Shown here piece by piece: positions 12,606 to 26,341 of a stretch of 64,000 bases of DNA. The notes beneath the pieces were generated by a model, which was given only the letters and a program-made list of their open reading frames with translations, had not been told where the DNA came from and did not search any database. Within the stretch, counting starts at the first letter, position 1. Every line of letters begins with the position of its first letter. This DNA is from Octopus sinensis (lineage: Eukaryota): positions 59,160,464-59,224,463 of the forward strand of contig NC_043011.1 of NCBI RefSeq assembly GCF_006345805.1. The letters run 5' to 3'. A program made the translations under genes and the position numbers.

Positions 12606-14265
12606 TGGATATATATATATATCCGGAACGTTCGTGCCGATTTATAGTAGTTTATATTTAGACTTATTTTAGAAAATGATTGAGTCCATAGAATAGGATT
12701 TGACTACACCTCCATAGGTGTAGAAGAAGGTTTATGTTCCCATAACCTGTGTTAATTCTGTAACCCTTTAAAATGGAAGATAAGAAAGTTCATTTTCGGC
12801 ACTTGATGCTTTTTCGTTTTCCGTAAAGGTAAATATACATCATAAGCAACCAAAGAAACATGCGCAGTTTACGGTGATGTTTCTTTATCAGAAAGAACTG
12901 TACGGATGGAGAGAGAGAAAGTGAGAAAGCGAGAGGCTGGAGATGGGAGCCATGAACTTCCCTCGCAAATACTAAGAAGCTACTAACTCTAGGAGTAACA
13001 TTTATCGGAGATTGACGATGTACCAGTTGTATTATTGTTGCTGTTATTTGTTTTGATGTGGAGGAGGTGGAAGAGAAGGAGGGGAGGGGAGGAGGACGAC
13101 GACGACGATGACGACGAGTACGAGGATATTGTTGTATTTGACGATGCCATTTTATGTTTCAAGCTCAAGTCCGCTTTGAGCAACCCTCGAAACAAAATAT
13201 GAAGCCATTCTTTAAAGAATATTTGCCTGCTAATTTCAGAAGGACCTTAGACTATGCGGTGAGCCATTTATTGCATCTCTCAAAGTTTGGCGATTTTACT
13301 GAAATGAGCAATGAGAGATTTTTTTATATTTCCCTCACACAGTTTCTTTCTTTCATATCCTCACTATCTCACATCCTCTCCTCCCTCACCTTCATTTCTC
13401 CTCCGCTCTCTTTCACTCTCTTCTCCTCTAGACCACTCTCTTTCTCTCTCTCTGTCTGCCTGTCTGTCTGTCTCTCTCTATCTCTCTATCAATCTATCTA
13501 TTCATCTCTCTATCTCCCTATCTATCTCTCTATCTCTCTTTTTCTTTCAAATCTTAGTCTATTTTGTATTTGATACTGATAAAACATTTTGATCTATGCG
13601 ACCATTTCATTCCTGTTATAAACTCTGTCTACAATAAATACTATTAAGTAAAGGCATGAATATCACCATTTCCCGATTATTAAACACTTCAAAAATATAA
13701 TACATGTTTCTCTTCATCCTCCTACGGAAACCAATTTCCAAAAATGATTAGTTCCCTAATTTTAAAATACATTTGAAAGTTCGGTTCATCGAAGCCCTAC
13801 CTGTACCTCTGACACAAACTTCATTACAAATACATTATACATGTAAATCGATTTGAAAAACAATATTATTTCTAGAAAATTCGGAAGAGCAATATGATTC
13901 AAGATTATAAATCTACTCAACTAGGTTTACACTCAATGAGAAATCGAGGCCTCCTGTACAAAATATTCAATTAGATTTTTGGTGAAACGAGTTGTGGAAG
14001 GACAGCGTTGACAAGACTAAATTAGATAAAAAAAAATGTGTGTCAATGTTCTGGTATTTTCTCGCATTCAAGTACATATACGAGAGTCTGCACATATTAA
14101 CTCATCTCTCCCTTGCCCTCGTTCACCTTCTCTCTCTCTCCCCCTCTCCCACTCCTGCTCATTCACTCACTCACTATCACAACCCTATATACACAAACGC
14201 ATGTATATTTGTTGTCAGAAAGGTTGACGAAAGAGCTTTCTGTTTCAGTCACAACACTTATCAAA

Positions 14266-14306
<41 letters not shown>

Positions 14307-14384
14307 TATAGAAAGAGTGTGAGAGAGACAAAGAGAGAGAGATAATGAAATTACTCGTACGTAAAATATAGACATATATGCATG

Positions 14385-14425
<41 letters not shown>

Positions 14426-14569
14426 AACGGGAAGCTTTATGAAAATAAACAAAAGACGAAGGCATATATATATACATATATATAAGTATATATGTATCTA
14501 TCCACTTAACCATTTATCTATCTGTCTACCTATCTATATAGTTATGTGTCTGTGTAACACAGTTTGTAT

Positions 14570-14830
14570 TTGCATTTGGTTTGCAAGATTCTTGATGTGA
14601 ATCCGTGTGTTGAAAGAAATTCTATTGAACCTTGGAACGGTCATTATGCTGGTAATAATAATCACACGCACTGGTTCGGTCCTTTGTTGTTATTGTTCAG
14701 TATTATTCGTGCTGTTATTTCTTTTTTGTCAAATACTGATTTCATCAGAGTGCTGCAATCTCCTCCATTTCTTTTGAACGTATGTTCCATCGTTGGGATT
14801 CGTCCGAGATATGTCCGAGATAAGTATGTG
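14570..14830. repeat. Unclassified interspersed repeat; shares tttgcaagattcttgatgtgaatc.gtgtgttgaaa with 54035-54080
   Basis: About 40-bp near-identical match between two distant loci; class (possibly Penelope-related) not demonstrable here. Confidence 0.45.
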
Positions 14831-15289
14831 AGTGTGTTTATACGTAAGTGAGTGCATCTCTATATGTGTTTTTTTTAAATACAGTAATCGCTCGATAATG
14901 TAAAGTATAGAAGCCATCTATTTGCAAGTAGATTGAGCTTTCTCTACTAGCTTGCGTTTGTCTCACATTGAGGACGGATAACATCCAGAAACCTAGGATT
15001 GTGAGTATCACGTAAAGCTAGTATCACGTGAATGCTATATATGGACAGGTTTTTCCTGGGGTTAAAACAAGAGTAACATCATTCTTTAGTGGGCTGTCAC
15101 ATTATGTTGGCCTATAAACATTATGATTCGGTACTGTTACTGTAAATCACTCGCTCACAGATAAAAAACAAGCTGTTTCTCTCTCTTTTGCTTTTTCTTT
15201 CCCCCACTCTCTCTCTCTCTCTCTCTTTTGCTTTTTCTTCCCCCCCCTCTCTCTCTCTCTACATTTTCTCTCCTTTTTTCTCTCCTTGT

Positions 15290-15428
15290 TTTTGTGTGTC
15301 CCTTTCTGTAGAAGAGCCTAGGCTCGAAATGTAAAAGACTTTTTCTATTCCTGAGAGTTATACTAATACATTTGTTTGTTTTGTACACCACTTGTCTTCA
15401 TCATTTATATATTTCGTAAACTGTCCCT

Positions 15429-15432
<4 letters not shown>
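15290..15432 (+). mobile_element. Hammerhead-motif-bearing non-autonomous repeat (family H), copy
   Basis: ctttCTGTAGAaGAGCctagGCTCGAAATGTAaaag then cctgagagttatactaatacatttgtttg...ctgtccctatata; homologues at ~18000, 22240, 24250, 35690, 40320, 59030. Confidence 0.8.
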
Positions 15433-15472
<40 letters not shown>

Positions 15473-15492
15473 GTACAGTGTGTATATATGTA

Positions 15493-15553
<61 letters not shown>

Positions 15554-15733
15554 TTGTGTGCGTGTGTGTGTGTATACATACATACATACATACATATATA
15601 CATGCATCCATCCATACATACATACATACATACATACGTACATACATATATACGTACATATATACATATATACATACGTACATACACACATAGATACATA
15701 CATACATACATACATACATACATACATACATAC

Positions 15734-15765
<32 letters not shown>

Positions 15766-15770
15766 CGAAA
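15430..15770. repeat. (TA)n/(TG)n/(TACA)n compound microsatellite
   Basis: Direct reading; source of many YI/HT-repeat ORFs. Confidence 0.95.
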
Positions 15771-15920
15771 GTGTAAATACTGTCTCAAAATTCACTGATA
15801 GTAAGAGAAGAGGATTACCAGATTACCACAGTACCAGAATTTAAACTTGTTTGACACGTAACTAGATTTGAGATCGTTGCTTGAAACCGAAACATATAGT
15901 GTGTGTGTGTGTGTGTATTT

Positions 15921-15953
<33 letters not shown>

Positions 15954-16208
15954 AGCGAGACGGAACGCGACAGAGAGAGAGAGAGAGAGAGAGCGAAAAG
16001 ACAGACGCATAAATGTAGACAGACGAACGGAATAATTGTAGTTATGGAAAACACAGACAAAAAGCGATATTGTTTTCGTTCGTCTTGCCGAAGCGTAACC
16101 TAACCAGGAAATGTCAAAACGTTTCGTTGCCTTTCTTCGATATATTAAGAACACCATGCACCATCTTAAATAACTCAAATCTCTCATTTTTGCATTGTTA
16201 CGGCTGTA

Positions 16209-16255
<47 letters not shown>

Positions 16256-16256
16256 G

Positions 16257-16289
<33 letters not shown>

Positions 16290-17109
16290 TACATATATAT
16301 ATATATTGTTTATTATGTTAGAGCAAATATATTCATGACTTCCGTTGATTTAACCTTTGTGCTTATACTAGCTTTTTTGTTATATACTGTTAATATATTA
16401 TTGTATGCAGCATTTAATATGCGTACGGTTAAGAAACTTTGCAACGACATAGTTGCAGGTTCATTCCCACTGCACGTCACCCGGAGCAAGTGTGTTATAC
16501 TATATGTAGAAACTTTGTGAAACCCTCTAGTATATATGTGTATGTGAGTGTGTATATTTGGGCATACGAGTTTGTATTTTTGTTTACGTTTGACTCCGCA
16601 TCGCTAAGGGGAGTCGGGGTCAAACGCGCTGTGTTGTTTCCCATTAAGGTCAATTTGTTAAAACAACCCCTTCAAGGCAGTGCTCCAGCATGGCAGGCAT
16701 CCACTGACTCAAACAATTAAAAGATGCAAGATAATATTTTAATGGCGACATTTAGATCAGTTAATTTATGCGTATGATCTTTCATTAGCTGTTTAGTCTC
16801 GTTTAATTTAACCCTAACCCTAACCCTGATAAATTAAAAACAAGAGAATTCAAAATTCAAATAATTTTATTTTGTTTAGAATGTAACTCGAACGAGTGAA
16901 ATGTCTTCGAAATATCAGATGCTTATAACCGAAAGCTTCAAAAGTACGTCAGTAGCTCAGTATTGTTTACAGAACATCTTAAGATGAAAATTCCCTTATG
17001 CAGTTAGAAAGAAAGAACTGAGCGCCATCTTTGTAGTGGAAATCCTCTAGGGAGCTCGGGAGTTTTCAGAAAGAATTATATATTAGTAATTCAAAAGTTA
17101 TTTAATATT

Positions 17110-17420
17110 TGTAGGCATTTGGGCACAAATACTTCGGAAGGCTGCTGCACAAAATGTATACAGGACGAAAATCAAACAGCTTTGACTGTCAGCACATCAT
17201 GAAATACACTGGGTTGGGGGCAGGAACCATTCTTGGCAGAGGTGAAAGGACGATAGCTTTCCTGTTACGGTCATGTGTCCCACCACAAACTGTCTAAAAC
17301 CATTTCTACAGGACAGAGACGATCATTGAGATCTTGGTTTGACAACATTAACCACCAGATAGGTCACAACATGGCAAACCTGCTACGCATGACAGGAACA
17401 GAGAACGTGGTGACAGCTGA
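17110..17420 (+). pseudogene. Degenerate RTE-clade LINE 3' fragment
   Basis: One frame reads LAEVKGR*LSCYGHVSHHKLSKTI..GQRRSLRSWFDNI..MANLLRMT, matching the RTE C-terminal pattern (L.W.GHV.R...L.K.I..G.R..R..W.D). Confidence 0.65.
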
Positions 17421-17999
17421 CTATGAAAGGATGTAGAGACACACCAATGCATCAGTTATGGGATCTTGAAGAACGCTGTGCGGAAGTGCGTTTCCTATCA
17501 CGTGGTGTCGAGTTTAGCCCCAGGGCGCGATGCCTTGGTCAAGTTTCACCTGCTGACCAGTGCCTTTTCTGCATTAATTTGACAGGTAAAAAATGCGTAG
17601 AAACCCGTCACATATGCTTGCATTTGTGTGTGTGCGTGTGTTTTGTGTGTGTGTATCTGTGTGTGTGTGGTGTGTGTGTGTTATGAGTGCTTGCGTGTAA
17701 TTATGTGTGTATGGTGTATGTGCGTATTCGTGTATTTGTCCTTGTAACACACAACCGCTAAACAACCACAGTTGGTTTGTTTGCATTCCCGCACTTTATC
17801 GGTTTGGCGAGATCATGTGATATATTACCTGTATCTTTATGTTATGTGTACTTGTGTGTCACATAGTGTAAGTGTATGTGAAACACGAAAATTATTGAAG
17901 TAACTGACGATTATTTCAATCAGTGCCGTCGCATGGGCGCAGATAAATGACTCAAACAAATAATAACATAAAGCATTCGTTTACGTATATTCTCTGTTT

Positions 18000-18135
18000 A
18001 TTTCCTCGTGTTCCTTTTTGTTGAAGAGCGTAGGCTCGAAGTGTAAAAGACTTTCTCACCTTCTCGCCGTCAAACTAATACACCTACTTGTTTTTACACC
18101 TGTCTTTGTCCTTTGTTTTTCTCGAAATTTCAACT
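18000..18135 (+). mobile_element. Family H repeat, degenerate copy
   Basis: ttgttgaagagcgtaggctcgaagtgtaaaagac...ctaatacacctacttgtttttacacctgtc. Confidence 0.7.
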
Positions 18136-18195
18136 TTACACACACACACACACACACACACACTCATATATATATATATATATATTTAAAAAAAA

Positions 18196-18515
18196 GACTC
18201 CGCCGGTTACGACGACGAGGGTCCCAGCTGATACGATCAACGGAACAGCTTGCTCGTGAAATTAACGTGCAAATGGCTGAGCATTCCACAGACACGTGTA
18301 CCCTTAACGTAGTTCTCGGGGATAATCAACGTGACACAGAGAGTGACAAGGCTGACCCTTTTAAATACAAGTACAACTCATTTTTGCCAGCTGAGTGGAC
18401 TGGACCAACGTGAAATAAAGTGTCTTGCTCAAGGACACAACGCGTCGCCGGGAATCGAACTCACAACCTTACGATCATGAGCCGAATGCCCTAACCATAA
18501 GCCACGCGGCCTCAC
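18196..18515 (-). mobile_element. tRNA-derived SINE family C, head variant 1
   Basis: Reverse complement: A-box-like gtggcttatggttagg, B-box-like gagttcgattccc, gtgtccttgagcaagacac core, tail shared with 27907-28284. Confidence 0.85.
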
Positions 18516-18519
18516 TAAT

Positions 18520-18567
18520 TCATATATATATATATATATAATATATATATAATAATATATATATATC

Positions 18568-18600
<33 letters not shown>

Positions 18601-18634
18601 TTATATTATTATATAATATATATATATATAATAT

Positions 18635-18678
<44 letters not shown>

Positions 18679-18742
18679 ATATATATATAATATATTATAT
18701 ATATGTATATATATATATATAATGTATATATATATATATGTA

Positions 18743-18785
<43 letters not shown>

Positions 18786-18930
18786 CGCAGCATGATTCAT
18801 CAATTTCTTGAAAATGTTGTCATAACCCCGTAGTGCTGAATACAAGTTAAGTCTACATAACTTCATATATTTGTTTTCTTGTGAGTTGCATTGCTCTACC
18901 ATAATCACGATCCTTTATGCAATATATTAT

Positions 18931-18961
<31 letters not shown>

Positions 18962-19124
18962 ATATATATATATATATATACATGTATATATGCACCTCAT
19001 ATTCTCCATCTCTTCCTGTTTGTTTGTTATATGCATATATATATATATTACTCATACATTCATTAACGCTTACATACAAGTTCACATTCCCATATACATT
19101 TATACACCATGCAGACACACACTG

Positions 19125-19156
<32 letters not shown>

Positions 19157-19183
19157 TATCAATATATATATATATATATATTC

Positions 19184-19241
<58 letters not shown>

Positions 19242-19330
19242 GAATCTATATATATGTATATATATATATATATACATATATATACACGTACATATATATA
19301 TCTATAGACATATATACATGTATACATACA
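18520..19330. repeat. Two long (TA)n tracts with unique spacer
   Basis: Direct reading. Confidence 0.93.
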
Positions 19331-19699
19331 TATGCATGTGTAATCCCCATGTACTTTTTTCGCCAAGTAATTCAATTGCATGAACCACGAGAACGTGCTC
19401 CCCCCCAAGCATTCCATTGCATTTCATGAAACGAGAGGACGATATGTAATTAAAACTAGGTGTACGTTTTTCAATTACGGAAACACTTCGGTTTTTTTTA
19501 TTTTTCGAATCAAACTTACGATGTTTAATTAATTAAAATGATAGAGCACTGGTTTATAAGGTATATTACGTGCAAATCTCAAACTATGATGCGAATCCGC
19601 GTGCTAAAAATATATGCCCTTTCAAGTCATTTTAAATTATGAGACTTGCCGTAATTTCTATATTTGTTGGAGTAACATGTATATCGAAAGTAAGGTTTC

Positions 19700-19762
19700 A
19701 ATATATCGGTCATTGTAATCAATATATCGGTCATTGTAATAAATATGTCGGTCATTGTAATA
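19700..19762. repeat. 21-bp tandem repeat x3 (aatatatcggtcattgtaatc)
   Basis: Direct reading. Confidence 0.9.
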
Positions 19763-20699
19763 AATTCATGCACCAGAAAACCAGAATCAGAGAAATGCAT
19801 TTAATATAAGAGCTATCTCTATTTTCAAATTTTCACCCAATTTCGATTTTGTTTACTTTTAAATTTTATGGCCTTGATCGTAATTCTGATACCATTAATA
19901 ATTTGGACTTTTTGATAATATTTTTAGTATTCTCCACAGATAGTTCACCTCGTAAATTTTTATTTCCTCTCTAAACATAGATTCTTTTGTGATTAATCGA
20001 AAAGTTATCAAATGTATATCAGTCAATAACCAATCAATATATAACCTGTTTTCTATAAAGAGCTCCTGTTTTTAGCTCTCGTGTCTGCAAATCTGCTAGA
20101 CGTCTGCAATGTTTATTGTGTAATTATCTATGTCTTATCGGTTTACAATCCCATGTGTTCTTTTGTATACCAAATTTACAGAGCAAATCATTGCAAACGT
20201 TGTGATTGTTAAACTATTTTCTCCAAGCTAGCCAATCATCGATGTGAAATAATGCTTTCAAACTTTGAGCATTTAAGACATCAAACGAAGTGTTATGTAA
20301 TTTAGAGAACAATTTCTAAATATATATGTCCGCAAACTTCTCTATTACTATAATTAGATTGCTAAATACATCAAACCACATCTACACGTTATAACTGTAT
20401 ACAGACGTATCAACAACTGGTCGAAGTATTGAAGTTTCTCTCTTGATATGTTCTATTACATCATTTTCTTCCTGTCTTCGGTTCAATAGATACAAACGAT
20501 AGTAAAATTTCCAAGACAAATAATGAGAGTTTCCTCTCCTTGGAGTTTAGGACTGCTTAATCTTTTCGCGAGTGAAATAAGCAAACAACGCTTAAATCAG
20601 GTTATTTCGAATAACTGTGACACAACAAAATTATTTCTTGCACCGATAAAGTATTATTGTATAAAACAAAGTCTGCAGATGTATAAGATATATAATATA

Positions 20700-20864
20700 G
20701 GCGCAGGAGTTGCTGTGTGGTAAGTAGCTTGTTTACCAACCACATGGTTCCGGGTTCAGTCCCACTGCGTGGCACTTTGGGCAAGTGTCTTCTACTACAG
20801 CCTCGGGCCAACCAAAGCCTTGTGAGTGGGTTTGGTAGACGGAAACTGAAAGAAGCCCGTCGTA

Positions 20865-20919
<55 letters not shown>

Positions 20920-21150
20920 GTGTGTGTGTTTGTGTGAGTGTGTTTGTCCCCCTAGCATTGCTTGACAACCGATGCTGGTGTGTTTATGTCCCCGTTACTT
21001 AGAGGTTCGGCAAAATAGACCGATAGAATAAGTACTGGGCTTACAAAAGAATAAGATCAGGGGTCGAGTTGCTCGATTAAAGGCGGTGCTCCAGCATGGC
21101 CGCAGTCAAATGACTGAAACAAGTAAAAGACTAAAAGAGTAAAAGAGTAA
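20700..21150 (+). mobile_element. tRNA-derived SINE family B, full length with internal (TA)n(TG)n
   Basis: ggcgcaggagttgctgtgtggtaag head, gggttcagtcc B-box-like, CORE-like ttgggcaagtgtctt, tail ggcggtgctccagcatggccgcagtcaaatgactgaaac(aagtaaaag)n. Confidence 0.92.
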
Positions 21151-22203
21151 CACTTTGCAAAATGTTCTGCTCTGAGGAAATTAAAAATGTGACTAAAAGT
21201 TTGGGGATACGAACAAGAAAACACAACACAAATTATTCGATACGCGACACCGTTGTCCCTCGAGTAATTTTTTAATTTGAACCGATAACTAATTCTGCTT
21301 TTACTCTAGGAATGAGGCCTGAAATGTGTAGGGAGGGAAGAAGTCGATTTCATAGGACACTATGATGAACTTCGGTAGATTTGAACTTAGATCGACAGAA
21401 GAAATGCAGCTAAGGTTTTTTCCGACGTGGTAAACATTATTTCCGCTTGCGGATTTCTGCAAATTAATTACAAAATAATTATAATATATATTCTGTAGAA
21501 CAGACTCTAAATTACGGTCGTAAATGGGATACGCCTGAACAGTATCAGAAGTATTTTGTAATGCGTGGTAACGATTCGGCCAGCTTCCAGCTTTTTTGAC
21601 GATTAATTACAAGATATTTCTAATGTATATTCCGTAGAGTAGACTCTAAATCATGGTCATTAATAGGATACGCCTGAGCAGTATCAGAAGTATTTTGGAA
21701 AGTATTTTGTAGATAGTATTACGTAATGTTTTGAGATATTGAGTTCAAATCTCACCAGGGTAAATTTCGTTTTATATTGGTTCAGTTCTTGCTAAAATAA
21801 TATATCACTTAATCTCTGAGTGATTTATATTACTAGAACGTATCTTAGATGTGGATTGAATTGTAATATGGTTCAAACTGATTAAGAGAATAGCTAAAAT
21901 ATTTCGATTTTGATGTCAATAGCAATATAATATAACTTATAGGAAGATATACAAGTCCGTTAGGTTAGGCCACATCTCTCTTCTATAAAAAAAGGTGAGG
22001 CAGTAGATACTGGGTAAAAAAATACAATAAGCTTTTTATATCTCAAATGTATAGGAAAGCAATAAAGACACTAATGTTAATGAGAGAAAATTATTAAAAA
22101 TCTACTAATACGTACCTATGCAATCGATTTTCGATTAAACCAACGTAATAAATAGAGTTGCTCACTCTTATCTTCTTGGTTAGATGTACGTATATCTGTG
22201 AGT

Positions 22204-22234
<31 letters not shown>

Positions 22235-22237
<3 letters not shown>

Positions 22238-22400
22238 GTAGGGAGAGCTTGCGGAAAAGGACAAATGACGAAGACAGCGGGTGTACAAAACAAACAGATG
22301 TATTAGTATAACACTCAGGAATAGGAAAAGTCTGTTACGTTTTGAGCCTATGTTCTTCCACAGAAAGGGACACAGAAAAAACAAGGAGAGAAAAAAAGGA
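22235..22400 (-). mobile_element. Family H repeat, degenerate copy
   Basis: Reverse complement ctttctgtggaagaacataggctcaaaacgtaacagac...cctgagtgttatactaatacatctg. Confidence 0.7.
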
Positions 22401-22775
22401 GAGAAAAAGTAGATGTACAAATATATTACAGTAATATCAATGGGAAGTGGTAAGCTAACTTTAGATTAGTTAAAATACGTCTGATATATTTCACTGTAGT
22501 TATCGCGGAGGAAAAATCCCCTCTTTTGGTAAAAAAAATAAAAAAAATAAAATGTGTAAAAGCACCATATCTATCCAAGATTGTGACCGGTCGGATTCCT
22601 TGACATGGATGTTTTCTAACACATTAGTCGTTACAAATGGGAAATACTGGACAGAGGCAACTCTGGACAGACGTAATTACAGCCGTAGCTTTAACTAAAA
22701 TACAGTCAACAAAACTGAATTATTTGAGCCAGTGAACTGCCAAATACGTAAGGATTACAGTAATTGTTTTATTTC

Positions 22776-23180
22776 TTTATTACCCACAAGGGGCTAAACA
22801 CAGAAGGGACAAACAAGGACAGACAAACGGATTAAGTCGATTAATTCAACCCCAGTGCGTAACTGGTACTTGATTTATCGATCCCGAAAGGATGATAGGC
22901 AAAGTCGACCTTGGCGGAATTTGAACTCAGAACGTAACGGCAGACGAAATACTTTTTCTTTACTACCTACAAGGGTCTAAACACAGAGAGGACAAACAAG
23001 GACAGACAAATGGATTAAGTCGATTATATCAACCCCAGTGCGTAACTGGTACTTATTTAATCGACCCTGAAAGGATGAAAGGCAGAGTCGACCTCGGCTG
23101 AATTTGAGCTCAGAACGTAGCGGCAGACGAAATACCGCTAAGAATTTCGCCCGGCGCGCTAATGTTTCTGCCAGCTTGCC
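22776..23180 (-). mobile_element. SINE family A, head + two bodies
   Basis: Second body restarts at gtatttcgtctgcc immediately after the first tail. Confidence 0.9.
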
Positions 23181-23724
23181 ACAGTAATATCAGTTTCAAG
23201 CAGTGTTTAGGCATAAGAGAAATTTAAGTTAGTCAAAATATGTTTGTGACAAATTTCAACAGCTAAAAGCAAATTTACGTTTACGCCGAGGAATCCGACA
23301 GGTGGCAGCATTGGAGAGCTATGGTGTTTTACCGGAAGAGAAAAAGTTTCACTTTAGTAATTGCAGTGAATTTGCTTTTAGCAGTCCAAACATATTTTAA
23401 CTAACCCAAAGGTCGTACACACACTCACCCTCTCCACACACACAATGTGTGTATGCATTATTAGATTATAAATTATGTGGTATTCACCGGGTAGTTTGCC
23501 GATAAAGCACGATCACGTTTACAGTGTTCTTTGGGTATTTGATTAATGAGAGAGACGAAAGATGGAAGATACGCAAATATACATTAATCACTACAGTTGT
23601 TTCGGTCCAACTAGTAATGATCCATCACCGATGGGATACTTAATAACCGTTTTAGTAACATCCGTCAGTGAAAATGTGGTTGTGTGATAATTAGATATAA
23701 CTCGTTAAAATGCGTACATGTATA

Positions 23725-23882
23725 GGCGCGGGAATGGCTGTGTTGTGAGGAGCTTGCTTTCAAAACACATGGATCCAGGTTAAGTCTCACTGCGTGGCAC
23801 TTTGAGCAAGTGAGTTCTACTGTAGCCTCGGGCGGACCAAAATCTTCTGAGTGGATTTGGTAGACGGATACTGAAAGAAGCC

Positions 23883-23966
<84 letters not shown>

Positions 23967-24100
23967 GTATGTATGTATGTATGTATTTGTGTGTCAGTGT
24001 TTGCCACCCAACACGCTAGATAACCGATTTTTGTGTGATTACTTCCCCGTCACTTCGCGGTTCGGCAAAACAGACTGGTAGAATAAGACCTGGTGTTCCC
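23725..24100 (+). mobile_element. SINE family B, 3'-truncated
   Basis: Homology to 20700-21150. Confidence 0.85.
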
Positions 24101-24249
24101 CACTAAAGGCTCCAGCAGTGAAATGACAGGAAAAAATAAAAGTATAAAATGATAACGAATACACACACACGCACACTCACACACACACCCACACACACAT
24201 ATATAAATGATATGGTTACATACATACAAATACACATACATAATGTTTC

Positions 24250-24395
24250 TCTCCTTGTTTTTTCTGTGTAGGATGCGTAGGATCGAAACGCAAAAGACGT
24301 TTCCATTCCTGAGCGTTATACTAATACATCTGTTTGATTTGTACACCACCTGTCTTCTTCTTTTGGTTTTTTTTTTCGTATACTCTCCCTATATA
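24250..24395 (+). mobile_element. Family H repeat, degenerate copy
   Basis: ctgtgtaggatgcgtaggatcgaaacgcaaaagac...cctgagcgttatactaatacatctg...ctctccctatata. Confidence 0.7.
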
Positions 24396-24420
24396 TGTAT
24401 GTGTATATTACCTTTATTTT

Positions 24421-24471
<51 letters not shown>

Positions 24472-24745
24472 TATATGTGTGGGGGTATCTGTGTGTGTAT
24501 TTATGTCGGCATGTGTGGTTTAATACATAGTGAATTGCGCTAAGTCAATACAATCTGTTATGAAGTATTATTAAACATGAGGTTATCCGATTTTCACATA
24601 TTTTACAATATTTTTTTTCTTTTCCTGTCGATTTCCTTCAATACACAGGATATATGTCGGTCCGTCTTCAATAGGGTTATTCTTTCCCCTTGCGCAAATA
24701 AGTTTTTAGTCTTACTTGATTATATTACGTTTCGAAGTGTGCGTG

Positions 24746-24787
<42 letters not shown>

Positions 24788-24925
24788 TGCATATATATAT
24801 ATATACACACAAAGGTAAGTAGATGTATGCCTGAGCATATAAATATGAGCATATGCAGATACATAGATATATTTTTATATAGGGAATATTTATGTACACA
24901 TAATACTTATATACAAACACACACA

Positions 24926-24976
<51 letters not shown>

Positions 24977-25914
24977 CAGTGTATCTATGTACATGTCTAT
25001 ATTCATTCTACCTTTTACACACTCACATGTGTGTGTGTGTGTGTAGATATGTAAATATATATGCGTATATAATATAATACAATATATATACATATATTTA
25101 TTAAAGTTATTTTTTTTCTGTTCATATTCTTGATAAAGCTATAAAATGCCAGCAGTCTTTTCATTCCCATAATATCTGTCTTAATATATATTTATTTGCT
25201 ATTCATACGGAGACTTGTAAAATATCACTCTATCATTACTATATACCGAACTTTCGACTAAAATCTTTTATTTACTTCATTAAGTTTAGACTTCTGATAT
25301 TTTTTTTTTCCTTGTCGTAAAGATGGACCATTGATATCCGGAAATGTGTTCTCTCATATTTATTATGACTATATAATATCTACTCTTTACAACTGTCAGA
25401 CTTCATCTCAACTATAGCTATACAAACTAAACCGTTCTATGCCTTGCTAACATAAACTTTTTTTTTCTACAGTAGACTACCAACAATCGTATTCAATGAA
25501 CCGTTGTTTAGCAGGTCAACGATTAGTGTTGCGCCACCAGCGCTGAAGTCCTTCGTAGCCAACAAAGTAAATCTCGCCTTCTCAACCTCTCTTTTAACAC
25601 CATAGTTTTGTACGATGTTCGTCTCTAGTAGAAACACAAGGATTTGGGGTTTTGTTTTGTATACTTCTGCTATTGTTGTGTGATCATCATAATTTGTTAT
25701 TTTCCTTTGTTTGTAAATTCTTTTGAAACCTAGGAGCTGGACTTCAATCCTGTAGGAAAAAGCTTGTCTTTTACTTGTTTTGCACATTTCAGTGATACAG
25801 GCTGGGACCTTGGCGCCGAAGGGTTAACTGAACAAGTTTTCTGTAATAGAATTTTCAGAGCCTGCCACTTTTGCAGAACTGCTTAAGTTATAGGTATCGT
25901 AATCTGACCAATAC

Positions 25915-26146
25915 CTATTTCTTTACTAAACACATGGGGCTAAAAACAGAGAGGACAAGCAAGGACAGGCAAACGGATAAAGTCGATTATATCGATCCCA
26001 GTGCGTAACTGGTACTTATTTAATCGACCCCGAAAGGATGAAAAGCAAATTCGACCTCAGCGGAATTTGAACTCAGAACGTAGTGGCAGACGAAATACCA
26101 CTAAGCTTTTCACCCGGCGTGCTAACATTTCTGCCAGCTCACCGCC
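25915..26146 (-). mobile_element. SINE family A, long-tail subtype, single
   Basis: Full head to tail; terminus reads aaagaaataggtatt. Confidence 0.9.
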
Positions 26147-26341
26147 TTCATTCAATAATGAGACCAATACCAGTTGCCAAGTGGGGATGGGACAAGTATA
26201 AACATATATAGAGTTCCCTGTACCAAATTTACTCACAGGATGCTGGTTAACTCGAGGCTAGAGGAAAATATATCTGCGCAGTGTGACTGAACCCCGGACC
26301 TTAAGATTGCAAGGCGAGCTTCCTAACAAAACAGTCATAGA

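Noticed and set aside
15376-15844. Numerous YI/HT/CV-repeat ORFs (also 4747, 18609, 34137, 45585, 60148 and others)
   Set aside because: Translations of (TA)n, (CA)n and (TACA)n tracts, which lack stop codons in several frames.
16809-16828. Telomeric (TAACCC)n
   Set aside because: Only about 3 units, internal; not a telomere or meaningful interstitial array.
18520-18780. Single-base interruptions (aa/tt) within (TA)n as a code or pattern
   Set aside because: Irregular; equally explained by slippage or long-read consensus error.
25560-25660. Similarity of KTKPQILVFLLET...EKARF to NDST heparan sulfate enzymes
   Set aside because: Only a few matching residues by eye; no diagnostic motif; no gene symbol assigned.
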